Counted from the first letter of the stretch, positions 48,086 to 57,490 are shown. The stretch: 64,000 nt of DNA from an uncultured Actinomycetes bacterium (GCA_963717405.1 OY970333.1:899645-963644), one strand, 5' to 3'. Notes: generated from the letters alone by a model not told the origin. Made by a program: numbers and translations.

Positions 48086-49098
48086 TTGCGACTCGACGCC
48101 GAGGAGCGTGCGCGCGCCGCCCGCCGACTTGGCACGGTACGCCGCGATGTCAGCGGAGCGATAGAGGTCGTACGCGCCCGAGTGGGCTCTCGACGACCGC
48201 GCGATGCCGCCCGAGAAGCTGTACTGGCCCCGACCGAGCTCGGCGAGCCGATCCTGGGCGCGGTCGGCGATGAGGTCGTGCGTCCTCGGAGGCGCGGACG
48301 CCGGGCAGGATGACGGCGAACTCGTCGCCGCCCAAGACGGCAGGAGACGTCGGTCGCGCGCGTCGTCGTACGTGAGCGCCTCCGCAAGGGCCTAGAGCGC
48401 GTCGTCACCGGCGGGTGCCCACCCAGGTCGTTGATTCGCTTGAGCCCGTCGACGTCGATGACGAGCAGGCTGAGCTCCTCGCCGCTCCGGCGCGCTGCGG
48501 GCCACGGCCACGTCGAGGTGCTCCTCGAACAGCCGGCGGTTGTAGAGGCCGGTGAGACGGTCACGCGCTGCCAGCTCCTCGACCTCCGAGTAGAGCTGCG
48601 CGTTTCGAACGCGCGGTCGCGACGACGTCGCAGAGGGCACGGCAGAAGTCGATGTCGGAAGGGTCGAACTCGCGGTCGACGATGTCGATGATCTCCATGA
48701 GCCCGATCGTCTCGCCGCGCGCCACGAGCGGCAGCATGAGAAGCGTCCGCTGGCCGCGCCGCGTCAGGAGCTCTCGCTCGGCTGGGTCGGCGACCGGTCG
48801 GAGACACGCATCTGCGCCGGCTCCTGGGTCTCGAGGACTCGGCTTCGTCGCCGGGTACTGGCCGAGCGGATAGACGGCGCGCCCGCCGACGGTGATCTCG
48901 TCGCGGCCGTGCGATGTACTCGACCAGCATCACGATCGCGTCGTCGTCTCGCTTCCAGGACGAGATCTCGGCCGCGGTCGCGCCGGTCAGCTCGGCAGCC
49001 CGCTCGGAGAACTCACGCAGGATCTCGTCGAGGTCGAGCGTGGACGAGAGGCGATGCGAGAGGTCGAGGAGTGCCTGGAGACGGTTCGCGGGGGCCAC
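48086..49098 (-). pseudogene. GAF-GGDEF protein, disrupted by multiple frame changes and one in-frame TAG
   Basis: Segments lie in different frames: 'LDLDEILREFSERAAELTGATAAEISSW' (GAF start), 'NAQLYSEVEELAARDRLTGLYNRRLFEEHLDVAVARS', 'GEELSLLVIDVDGLKRINDLGGHP' and 'GGDEFAVILPG'. 'GDDAL' is followed by TAG at 48394-48392. The 3' end is uncertain and converges on polX. Confidence 0.75.
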
Positions 49099-49228
49099 GT
49101 GCCTCTACATCGGCGTCCGGCGGCCGCGTCTTGACAGGGGAGAGGGGTGAACCGGCCGCCGACCGGGTATGGGGGATCAGGGCTGCCGGGTGCTCAAGGG
49201 GTCGAGTGCCCGGCCCCTCAACTCGCCC

Positions 49229-49696
49229 TCACGCCGAAAGGGCTTCGACCACGTGCTCCTGGAGCCAGCTCAGGTAGGCGTAGAGCGCCCGCTCCTCGGC
49301 CTGCGGGTGGCGCGGATCGAACGGCTGGGCCAGGTCGGCTTCGGTCACGTCGAGTCTCGTGCCCAGGAAGAGACGCAGGTCGTTCAGGGCCCGAAGCCAC
49401 GCGTCGAGGTCGTCCTCCGTCAGGATCTCTCGCTCGAGCGACTCCTCGAACTTCCGGAGCCTGGCCTGCCGGCCGTCGAGAAGCTCCCCGGCCATGAGCC
49501 GTCGGTACTCGGCCTCGGCCCGCTCGTCCTCGGCGTAGGCGGGCGGGAAGAGCCGCCTCAGATCGGGATCGTCGGGCTGCTCGTCGAGCAGGCGCCCGAG
49601 CGCAGCCGGGAGGGTACGGAGCAGAGCCCGCTCCCGGCGACCGATTGCCAGCCGGAAGTCGCCGGCGGGCGTTCGCGCGAACGGAGGTCGGAACAC
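49229..49696 (-). CDS. DUF2017-family protein (ClpS-associated)
   Basis: GTG 49696 lies 4 nt after the clpS stop. It is an acidic helical protein in the position always taken by DUF2017 downstream of clpS in actinobacteria. Confidence 0.7.
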   Translation of the reverse strand: MFRPPFARTPAGDFRLAIGRRERALLRTLPAALGRLLDEQPDDPDLRRLFPPAYAEDERAEAEYRRLMAGELLDGRQARLRKFEESLEREILTEDDLDAWLRALNDLRLFLGTRLDVTEADLAQPFDPRHPQAEERALYAYLSWLQEHVVEALSA

Positions 49697-49700
49697 GCGT

Positions 49701-49997
49701 TCAGTCCTGCCGCATCGTCGCCCAGAGCCCGTGCGCATGCAGCCGGGCGACGTCGTGCTCCGCTCTCTCGCGCGGGCCCGACGAGACGACGGCCCTGCCG
49801 TCGTTGTGCACCTGGAGCATCAGCTCCGTTGCCTTGTTGCGGCTGTAGCCGAAGAGCTTCTGAAAGACCAGCGTGACGTAGGACATGAGGTTGATCGGGT
49901 CGTTCCAGACGATCACGATCCACGGCCGTTCCTCGATTCGGTCCTCGTCGTCGACGGGCTCCTCGAGCCTCACCTCGGCGGGTGCAATCGTGGACAC
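49701..49997 (-). CDS. clpS: ATP-dependent Clp protease adaptor
   Basis: 98 aa with '[27 protein letters not shown]...[16 protein letters not shown]'. Confidence 0.9.
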   Translation of the reverse strand: MSTIAPAEVRLEEPVDDEDRIEERPWIVIVWNDPINLMSYVTLVFQKLFGYSRNKATELMLQVHNDGRAVVSSGPRERAEHDVARLHAHGLWATMRQD

Positions 49998-50019
49998 CCT
50001 CCTAGGGTATGACCAGGGC

Positions 50020-50589
50020 GTGCCACGCGCGCGCGTCGAGCCGGGCCCCCCACCGGGCCTTGCCTACCGGCCGGACTTCCTCGCCGAGCGCGAGGAGCTC
50101 GAGCTCCTGAGGCGGCTGGCGCGCCTGCGCTTCGATCCGATCGTCATCCGAGGGCAGGAGGCCCGGCGCACCGCGCGGCACTTCGGGCTCGACTACGACT
50201 ACGAGGCGCGCGGACGCCTGACGCCGGGCGAGCCGCTGCCGGCCTGGCTTCAACCGCTCCGGGCGCGGGTCGCCGAGCTCGCGTGCGTCGAGGCCGCTGC
50301 GCTCGTCGAGGCGCTCGTCCAGCGCTATCCGCCCGGCGCAGCGATCGGCTGGCATCGCGACGCACCGGCCTTCGGGCTCGTCGCGAGGGTGTCCCTGGGT
50401 GGAAGCTCTCGCCTTCGCTTTCGGACCGGCCCCGGCGAGCCGACGGTCCGGGAGGTCGAGCTCGAGCCGCGCTCGGCCTACGTCCTCTCCGGCGCTTCCC
50501 GCTGGGTGTGGCAGCACAGCATTCCGGCAGCGAAGGAGCTCCGGTACTCGATGACCTTCCGGACGCTCAGCCAGCCGGTGACGCCCTGA
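50020..50589 (+). CDS. AlkB-like 2OG-Fe(II) dioxygenase
   Basis: GTG 50020 is in-frame. 'IGWHRDAP' (HxD) and 'RWVWQHSIP' are present. The upstream part of the track ORF is antisense to clpS. Confidence 0.75.
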   Translation: MPRARVEPGPPPGLAYRPDFLAEREELELLRRLARLRFDPIVIRGQEARRTARHFGLDYDYEARGRLTPGEPLPAWLQPLRARVAELACVEAAALVEALVQRYPPGAAIGWHRDAPAFGLVARVSLGGSSRLRFRTGPGEPTVREVELEPRSAYVLSGASRWVWQHSIPAAKELRYSMTFRTLSQPVTP

Positions 50590-50610
50590 GCGCTCGCGGC
50601 TGAGCTGAGG

Positions 50611-50683
<73 letters not shown>

Positions 50684-50837
50684 GCGGTTCGTTGAGCGTA
50701 ACCGACCCGTCTGCGTGTCTCCGCGACGCCACTGCCTGAGCCGCGACTCGGTCGCGCTACATTTCCCAGAGCCGGAGAGAGGGGGCAGAATAGGCCTCCA
50801 TGCGAGGACGGGCTCGACGACCTGGAGGTAAGCGGAC

Positions 50838-51290
50838 GTGAAGGTGTTTCATCTTGAGCGCAGACTGAGGACCCGCGGCGGCCTCGAGATCAGAGACATC
50901 ACCGACGACGTCCGCGAGTGCGTCGCCGAGAGCGGGGTCGAGAACGGGATCGCGTGCGTGTACTCCCCCCATACAACCTGCTGCGTTCGGGTGAATGAGT
51001 TCGAGACAGGCTTCCTCGAGGACTTCGCGCGCATGCTGCGCCGTCTCGTCCCGAGCGAGAAGTACTACGCGCACGACGACTGGGATCGTCGTACCGAGAA
51101 TGTCTGCCCTGAGGACATGGAGTTCGGCAACGGCCATTCCCACTGCATGGCAATGCTCCTCGGAACCGCCGGCGAGTCCATCCCCGTTCGGGATGGAGAG
51201 CTCGCACTCGGCCAGTGGCAACGCGTCCTCTTTCTGGAGCTCGACCGCTCCCGCGATCGCCGCTGGGTCGTCCAGGTCGTCGGCGACTGA
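50838..51290 (+). CDS. yjbQ: YjbQ/UPF0047 family (secondary thiamine-phosphate synthase) protein
   Basis: 150 aa. GTG is preceded by GGAGGT. 'GIACVYSPHTTCCVRVNEFE' and 'NGHSHCMAMLLG' are present. Confidence 0.85.
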   Translation: MKVFHLERRLRTRGGLEIRDITDDVRECVAESGVENGIACVYSPHTTCCVRVNEFETGFLEDFARMLRRLVPSEKYYAHDDWDRRTENVCPEDMEFGNGHSHCMAMLLGTAGESIPVRDGELALGQWQRVLFLELDRSRDRRWVVQVVGD

Positions 51291-51320
51291 CGTAACCCGG
51301 GCGCTGGGCCGCTACGACAA

Positions 51321-51342
51321 GACGGGGCCCGTAGGCCCCGTC
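51321..51342 (+). terminator. Hairpin 31 nt after the yjbQ stop
   Basis: GACGGGGCC-cgta-GGCCCCGTC is a perfect 9-bp stem. There is no U-tract. Confidence 0.4.
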
Positions 51343-51359
51343 CGATCGAGTCGGGTGCT

Positions 51360-51412
51360 CCCGCCGCATCGGGGCCCCCTCCTCTGACGAGCGAGCCCCC
51401 GCCGCATCGGGG
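51360..51412. repeat. Two copies of the 15-nt motif CCCGCCGCATCGGGG spaced 38 nt apart
   Basis: Exact copies lie at 51360-51374 and 51398-51412 in the yjbQ / histidine-kinase spacer. Each is itself a small hairpin (CCCG..CGGG). Confidence 0.7.
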
Positions 51413-51542
51413 CGCGCTCGCTGGTGACTCAAGTCTGCCGTGAGGGGAGACCCGTGTCCCCCCTCCGAGGGAGTTGACCGCGTCACCCTTCCGCGGTTGA
51501 CCGCTTCACTTCACCCGGTTCACGGGCGACTCCGCCCAGCGG

Positions 51543-52808
51543 TTGGGATGTTTAGGCGCGGTTGGGCCAGGAACAAGGGCACGGGGGGAGGTTTTGGCGT
51601 TGGCTCAGCGACAGAAGCACGCAGGGGGCGCGGATGGGGCCCACGCGTTCAGGCTTCTGGCCGCCCGGTGCGCCGGCCGGCTCGATGACTCGGCCGGTGT
51701 TTTGGTGGCGATCCGGGAGACGGCTGAGGAGCTCCTCGGGGGTCCGGCCCTCTGCCTGCGTCTACTTCCCCAGACCCGCGAACTCGTCCCGGTCGGCGTG
51801 GAAGGCGGCGGCGGCGTCCTCGCGGACTCGAATCCACTTCCGATCGACGCCTGGCCAGCACTGGCCGTTGCGCTGGAAGAGCGCCACCCGGTGGCAGCTC
51901 CGAATCCTCCGGAGCCGGTTCGCCTGAGCGCCCCTGTCGCTGTCCCCTTGCTCGCGGGTGAGTGCTGCATCGGCGTTCTTCTGGCCGAGACGGCCGAGGG
52001 ACGGGCGCCGAACGACGCGGAGAGCGAGCTTCTCGGTGCGCTCGGCGCAATCGGAGGCACTCTCCTTGCGAGCGCGCTCGAGCAGGAGCGAAAGAACCGG
52101 CTCTCTGACTTGAAGGGCCAGTTCATCGCCCTTGCCGCCCACGAGCTTCGCGCCCCGTTCGCCGTCATGCACGGGATCATCAAGACGCTCAACGCGCGCC
52201 AGGACCTCCCGGCTGACCAGACCGCATCGCTCCGGACTGCGCTCGACGAGCAGAGCGACCGAACCGCCCGCCTCATCGACCAGCTCCTCGACCTCAGCCG
52301 TCTGGACGCAAGCTCGATCCGAATCGAGCGCGCACGGTTCCCGATCCGCGAGCGAATCGACGATCTGGTTCGCATGGTGGCCGGGGATCGCGCGCGCGAC
52401 GTCTCGGTGCAGGTCCCGGACGAGCTCGAGGTCGTCGCCGACCCGGGCGCCTTCGACCGGATCGTCTCAAACCTCGTCGTCAATGCCCTCCGGCACGGCC
52501 GCGCTCCCGTGACCGTCACAGCCCGCCAGCGCGACACCCATTTTCGCCTCACGGTTGAGGATCGCGGCCGCGGAGTTGAGAGTTCATTCGTTCCCAGGCT
52601 CTTCGACCGCTTCGCACGCAGCGGCAGGGCCGACGACGTGAAGGGCTCGGGCCTCGGCCTCTCGATCGCCCAGTCCTACGCACAGGCTCACGGCGGTGAG
52701 CTCGTGTACTCCCATGCCGACCCGCACGGCGCCAGATTCGAGCTCGTCCTGCCGCGGGCGGCTCAGGACGCCGCCGTGCGGAGCGTCTCCAGCACCTCGC
52801 CGGCGTAG
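51543..52808 (+). CDS. GAF-domain sensor histidine kinase (no cognate regulator adjacent)
   Basis: H-box 'LAAHELRAPFA', N box 'NLVVNALRHG', and 'EDRGRGV' and 'GSGLGLSIA' are present. The start is uncertain. TTG 51594, after GGGGGGAGG, is an alternative. Confidence 0.8.
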   Translation: MGCLGAVGPGTRARGEVLALAQRQKHAGGADGAHAFRLLAARCAGRLDDSAGVLVAIRETAEELLGGPALCLRLLPQTRELVPVGVEGGGGVLADSNPLPIDAWPALAVALEERHPVAAPNPPEPVRLSAPVAVPLLAGECCIGVLLAETAEGRAPNDAESELLGALGAIGGTLLASALEQERKNRLSDLKGQFIALAAHELRAPFAVMHGIIKTLNARQDLPADQTASLRTALDEQSDRTARLIDQLLDLSRLDASSIRIERARFPIRERIDDLVRMVAGDRARDVSVQVPDELEVVADPGAFDRIVSNLVVNALRHGRAPVTVTARQRDTHFRLTVEDRGRGVESSFVPRLFDRFARSGRADDVKGSGLGLSIAQSYAQAHGGELVYSHADPHGARFELVLPRAAQDAAVRSVSSTSPA

Positions 52809-54652
52809 CGCTCGAGCTTGGCCGGCCCGACTCCCGGGACGCCGGCGAGCTCCTCTGCCGATCCCGGCGCCCGTCGTACGATCTCCGCGAGCGTCGCGTC
52901 GTGGAAGACGACGTACGCGGGGACGCCGTCCTCCTTGGCGCGCTGCAGCCGCCAGCTCCGGAGCGCGCGAAACGCGGGCTCTTCGAGCTCCCCGGGCTCG
53001 GGCCGGCGCGAGGCCGCCCCGGCGTTCCGCTCCCGAACGACTCCGAGCTCGCCGAGGAACCGGCTCGCCTTCCCCCCGCTTCTCCAGGTCAGGCAGAGGT
53101 GCCGCCGGGCTCGTGTGATCCCGACGTAGAGAAGCCGTCGCTCCTCATCAACCGCCGCAGGCGTCCGTGCCTGCTTGCTGGGCAGCTGGCCCTCCTCCAC
53201 GCGCGGCAAGAAGACAGCGTCGAACTCGAGACCCTTTGCCGCGTGGTACGTGAGCAGGTTCACGCCCCGAGTCTCCGCCTCGCGGCCGAAGCGCCGGGCC
53301 AGCTCCTCCGCGAAGCCGGCGAGCGTCAGGACGCCGTCGTCGAGCTCACGCGCCAGGTCGACCAGGCGCCGCAGGTCGGCCTGGCGTACGGCCTCCTGCT
53401 CACCCAGCCGTTCGGGTGGGCGGGCCAAGAGCCCGTCCCGCTCACCGAGCTCGCGCACCGTCGCGGCGACGCGCGTCGAGTCGGAGCCCCGGACGGCTCC
53501 GAGCAGGCGGCGGGCAGCCTGCCGCTCGAGGAAGGCACCCGCCCTCACGACGAAAGGAATGCCCGCAGCCGAGAGGGCTTCCTCCCACTCGGCGGAGCGC
53601 GCGTTCGTGCGGTAGAGAATCGCCATCTCGCGGGGCTCGAGGCCGGCCCCCTGCAGAGCCCGGATCCGGTCGACGACGAAGCCTGCCTCGGCGCCCGCCT
53701 CGACGGAGCTGAGCTCGGGCTCGGGACCGGCCGGCCGTGTGGGACGGAGCGTCTTCGGCGCCCCGCCGAGCTGCGGCACGAGGCGGTTCGCAAGATCGAG
53801 GATCTCCGGACTGGAGCGGTAGTTGGCCTCGAGCCGGATCACGGCTGCGTCCCGAAAGCGATCGGGCGCCGAGAGCAGGTGGTCGGGTGTGGCGCCGATG
53901 AAGGAGTAGATCGACTGGTAGTCGTCGCCGACCACGCAGACGTCGTTCCGGCCGCCGAGCCAACGCTCGAGGAGGGTCTGCTGGAGCAGGTTGACGTCCT
54001 GGTACTCGTCCACCGTGAAGGCGAGGTAGCGCTCGTGCAGGGCCGCGCGCGCATGCGAGTCGTCCAGGAGCCGCACGGCGTGCTCGAGCAGATCCTCGAA
54101 ATCGACCTTCCCGAGTGCGGTCTTACGCCGTTCGTACTCGGCGAACACGCGCTCCATGAGGTCGACCGGAATGGGCGGCTCGTGCCCGTCCAGACCCCGG
54201 CGGTACGTCGCCGGTGTGAGCCGCCGGTTCTTCGCCCACTCGATCTCGGTCGCGAGATCGCCCGCGGGCCGGAACCGGAACGGCTTCGGCAGCCTGTTCC
54301 CGATGTGCCTGAGCATCATCGCCTTCGAAGGGAGCACCGAGCCCGGCGGCTCCGAGGCGAATGTCCGGAGCTGCGCGTATGCGGCGGAGTGGAACGTCCG
54401 CGCATCCACGCCCGTGACTTCGAGCGCCTTGAGGCGGCCCCGCATCTCGCCCGCCGCCTTGTCCGTGAACGTGACCGCAAGGATCTCGCGGGCCGCAAAG
54501 GCACCCGAGGCAACCTGGTTGGCAATCCGCCGGGTGATGGTGGTCGTCTTGCCGGAACCCGCGCCCGCGAGGATGCAGACCGGCCCGCGAACCGTCTCGA
54601 CGGCGCGTCGCTGCTCCGGGTTCAGGTCTCCCAGAATGTGCTCACGACCCAT
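52763..54652 (-). CDS. UvrD/PcrA-family DNA helicase with C-terminal HRDC-like domain
   Basis: 629 aa with 'AGAGSGKTTT', 'FTVDEYQDVN', 'TYHAAKGLEF' and 'LLYVGITRAR'. The C-terminus reads 'LRSWRLQRAKEDGVPAYVVFHDATLAEI...GVPGVGPAKLERYG'. Confidence 0.9.
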   Translation of the reverse strand: MGREHILGDLNPEQRRAVETVRGPVCILAGAGSGKTTTITRRIANQVASGAFAAREILAVTFTDKAAGEMRGRLKALEVTGVDARTFHSAAYAQLRTFASEPPGSVLPSKAMMLRHIGNRLPKPFRFRPAGDLATEIEWAKNRRLTPATYRRGLDGHEPPIPVDLMERVFAEYERRKTALGKVDFEDLLEHAVRLLDDSHARAALHERYLAFTVDEYQDVNLLQQTLLERWLGGRNDVCVVGDDYQSIYSFIGATPDHLLSAPDRFRDAAVIRLEANYRSSPEILDLANRLVPQLGGAPKTLRPTRPAGPEPELSSVEAGAEAGFVVDRIRALQGAGLEPREMAILYRTNARSAEWEEALSAAGIPFVVRAGAFLERQAARRLLGAVRGSDSTRVAATVRELGERDGLLARPPERLGEQEAVRQADLRRLVDLARELDDGVLTLAGFAEELARRFGREAETRGVNLLTYHAAKGLEFDAVFLPRVEEGQLPSKQARTPAAVDEERRLLYVGITRARRHLCLTWRSGGKASRFLGELGVVRERNAGAASRRPEPGELEEPAFRALRSWRLQRAKEDGVPAYVVFHDATLAEIVRRAPGSAEELAGVPGVGPAKLERYAGEVLETLRTAAS

Positions 54653-54757
54653 GCTTCGAGCCTAGAGCGGCGGTCGGCCGTCCCGGCGCCGATTTGCCGG
54701 GGCGTTACCTATTTGGCGCAGATCCGCGGCACATCTGGCCGCAGCTACCATCGAATC

Positions 54758-55387
54758 GTGACCGGGCAACCATCCGAAAATGGTTCTGCGACGCTCGACG
54801 CGATCTTCGGCGCGGTTTGCCGCAGGACGCACTGCACGCCGGAGCGGACGCAGGCGCTCGAGCACGTCATCCTCCTCGCCGCCGAGATCGCGCGCGAGGG
54901 CCGTGAGGGTCGAAAGATCGGAACCCTCTTCATCGTCGGCGACACCGAGACAGTCCTCGGTCACTCCCGCCCGCTCCTCCTTGACCCGCTCTTCGGGCAC
55001 CCGCCTGAGCTCCTCCACGTCGAGCGCCCGGACTTCCGGGAGACGGTGAAGGAGCTCGCCCAGCTCGACGGCGCGTTCGTGGTCGCCGACGACGGCACCT
55101 TCATCGCCGCCGGCCGCTACATCGACGTCGACCTGTCCCCGGAGAACTTCCTGCCCGGCCTCGGGACTCGCCACGCGGCCGGCGCCTCCATCACGGGCGA
55201 GTCGAGCGCCGTCGCCGTGGTCGTCTCGTCGAGCTCCGTCGTCCGTGTCTTCGCGCGCGGCGAGCTCCGGGCCGAGATCGTGCCGGAGCTCTTCCTCATG
55301 TCCCGCGCGCAGCTCCTGACGCCGCTCGCCGACGTCCGCCAGCTGCCCGAAGCCGGTCTGACGGTCGCGGTCGCCGGCGAAGACTAG
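54758..55387 (+). CDS. Stand-alone DisA_N/DAC (diadenylate cyclase-like) domain protein
   Basis: GTG 54758 is in-frame but the start is uncertain. 'RKIGTLFIVGD', 'LDGAFVVADDG', 'GTRHAAGASIT' and 'VAVVVSSSS' are present. Only the last 630 nt of the 828-aa track ORF are believed to be coding. Confidence 0.7.
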   Translation: MTGQPSENGSATLDAIFGAVCRRTHCTPERTQALEHVILLAAEIAREGREGRKIGTLFIVGDTETVLGHSRPLLLDPLFGHPPELLHVERPDFRETVKELAQLDGAFVVADDGTFIAAGRYIDVDLSPENFLPGLGTRHAAGASITGESSAVAVVVSSSSVVRVFARGELRAEIVPELFLMSRAQLLTPLADVRQLPEAGLTVAVAGED

Positions 55388-55390
55388 GTG

Positions 55391-57385
55391 CTACGCACTC
55401 GCCGTCAGCGCCGCGGAGTCCGAGCGAAGGCGGGTTAGCGCCTCCTCGAAGTCTTCGTGCGAGACGGCCGGCGTGGAGCCCGCGCCGTCACGTGCCATCG
55501 CTGCCAGCGCGGCCTCCTGCGCCAGCGACCGTAGGTCAGCGGGCGAGAAGCCCTCGGTCTCGCGCGCGATCTCCTCGAGACGAACTCCGACGGTCGGCAT
55601 CCGCGCGGTATGGAGCTCCAGGATCGCGAGCCGCCCGGCCTCGTCTGGGAGCCCGAGGACGATCGTCCTCGAGAGCCGCCCGCCACGGAGGAGTGCCGGG
55701 TCGATCTGATCCGGGCGGTTGGTGGCCCCGACGACAAAGACCCCGCGCTGGCCGCTGACGCCGTCGATCTCGGCCAGGAGCTGGTTCACGTGGCTGTCGT
55801 GGGTGCCGAGGGACTCGCCGCGCCGGCCGGCGACCGCATCGATCTCGTCGATGAAGACGATCGAGGGCCTGTTCTCGCGGGCGCGCTCGAAGAGCTGCCG
55901 GATGTTCCGCTCGCTCTCGCCGACCCACTTCGAGATCACGTCGGCTCCTGAGATCGGGTAGAAGCTCGCGCGCGCCTGCGCGGCGAGAACCTTCGCGACG
56001 GAGGTTTTTCCCGTGCCCGGGGGGCCGGCGAGCAGAAGGCCCGTCGGCGGCTCGACGCCGAAGCGCCGGGCCGACTCCGGATCCTCGACGACAGCCTGGA
56101 GCTGCTGGAGCTGGCCCTTGATCGCCTCGGGTAGGACGAGCGAGTCCCAGGTCCAGCGCTCCACGGTCGGCCGGTCCTGACCGCCGTAGCGCTCGAGGGC
56201 AGAAAGCAGATGCTCCGTGTCGAGCTCGAGGCTCTGGCCGGATTCGGTCGCCTCACGGAAGACCTCGAGCGCAGCGCTGTTCACGATCTTCGAGATGGCG
56301 GCAGGAGTCATGCCCTCGGTGCGCTGCACGAGCTCGTCGAGGTCGATTCCCGCCGCGGCCGGACGGTCGTCGAGCTCGGTCTCGAAGATCTCCCGTCGCG
56401 CCTCCGCATCGGGGAGGTCGATCCTGATGTGGCGGTCGAACCGGCCTGCGCGGATCACCGCCGGATCGAGATGCTCGAGCGAGTTCGTCGCCGCCATGAC
56501 CAGAAGCTCGCGCTCGTCGCGGTTGGCCTCGAGCGCCGTCAGGAGCTGGTTCACGGTGCGCCTCGACTCCTGGTCGGGAGTGTTGTCGCGCCGCTGCGCG
56601 ACCGAGTCGAACTCGTCGAAGAAGAGAAGGCACGGCAGGTTCTGGAGGGCGGTCTCGAAGGCCTTGTCGATGTTCTGGGCGGACTGGCCGACCAGGGAGC
56701 CGACTAGGTCTCCCGTGGAGACGTGCATCAGGTTGAGGCCGTACTCGCCCGCGATCGCGCGCGCGAAGAACGTCTTGCCCACGCCGGGCGGCCCGAAGAG
56801 CAGGATTCCATTCCAGTCGATCCCGTAACGCTCGGCGTCGTCCGGATGCTCGAGCACGAGGCCGACCGTCTTGCGGACCTCTTCCTTCAGGCCTTCCATC
56901 CCGCCGACATCCTCGAACGTCGTGAGCTCCTCGGGCGGAATCACGTCGAAGTTGCCGCTGCCGCCGCCGGCTCCACCCATCATCCCTCCTCCGAGCAGCT
57001 GCCCGAGCGGATTCGCGGGCTGAGCCTGCTTGCGGCGCGCCGCCGGCCTGCGCTTCTGCCGCCGGCGGCCCTCCTCCCCGTCGGCCGCCGCAGGTTCCGA
57101 CTCGGGCTCGGGCTCGGGGACATGGCCGCTGATGTCGACCCACTCCCCGGTCTCCGGGTCGTACTCGTAGGAGCGCGCACCTCCGAGCATCGCCTCGAAG
57201 ATCCCTCCGAACGGCAGCATCGCGAACGGCGCCATGTCGGCGTCAGGATCTCCGCCCGCGCGCCGGAGCTCTTCCTCGCGGATCTCCTCTGCTTCGATCG
57301 CCCGGCGTCGCGCCGACCGCGCGGTCATCGAGACGATCACGACCATCACGAGAAGCATCAGGAGCGGAAAGAGCAAGAGGCTCAC
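55391..57385 (-). CDS. Membrane-anchored tandem AAA+ ATPase (CDC48/FtsH-like AAA modules)
   Basis: 664 aa. The N-terminal TM helix is 'LLLFPLLMLLVMVVIVSM', followed by a ~130-aa low-complexity linker. Two AAA modules follow: 'GPPGVGKT'/'LLFFDEFD' and 'GPPGTGKT'/'IVFIDEID'. Confidence 0.85.
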   Translation of the reverse strand: MSLLLFPLLMLLVMVVIVSMTARSARRRAIEAEEIREEELRRAGGDPDADMAPFAMLPFGGIFEAMLGGARSYEYDPETGEWVDISGHVPEPEPESEPAAADGEEGRRRQKRRPAARRKQAQPANPLGQLLGGGMMGGAGGGSGNFDVIPPEELTTFEDVGGMEGLKEEVRKTVGLVLEHPDDAERYGIDWNGILLFGPPGVGKTFFARAIAGEYGLNLMHVSTGDLVGSLVGQSAQNIDKAFETALQNLPCLLFFDEFDSVAQRRDNTPDQESRRTVNQLLTALEANRDERELLVMAATNSLEHLDPAVIRAGRFDRHIRIDLPDAEARREIFETELDDRPAAAGIDLDELVQRTEGMTPAAISKIVNSAALEVFREATESGQSLELDTEHLLSALERYGGQDRPTVERWTWDSLVLPEAIKGQLQQLQAVVEDPESARRFGVEPPTGLLLAGPPGTGKTSVAKVLAAQARASFYPISGADVISKWVGESERNIRQLFERARENRPSIVFIDEIDAVAGRRGESLGTHDSHVNQLLAEIDGVSGQRGVFVVGATNRPDQIDPALLRGGRLSRTIVLGLPDEAGRLAILELHTARMPTVGVRLEEIARETEGFSPADLRSLAQEAALAAMARDGAGSTPAVSHEDFEEALTRLRSDSAALTASA

Positions 57386-57490
57386 CCGCCCCTCCTACCC
57401 GCCCGGCGCAGGACTAACGCGCGGCGTGTTTCAGCGCGAGAAGGACCGGCTAGACCCAGCTTCACAACCAATAGCCGCGAGGAGGGGTTC

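Noticed and set aside
52901-54757. The upstream 620 codons of the 828-aa plus-strand ORF.
   Set aside because: This part is antisense to the uvrD-like helicase and has no motifs. Only the last ~209 codons (DAC domain) look coding.
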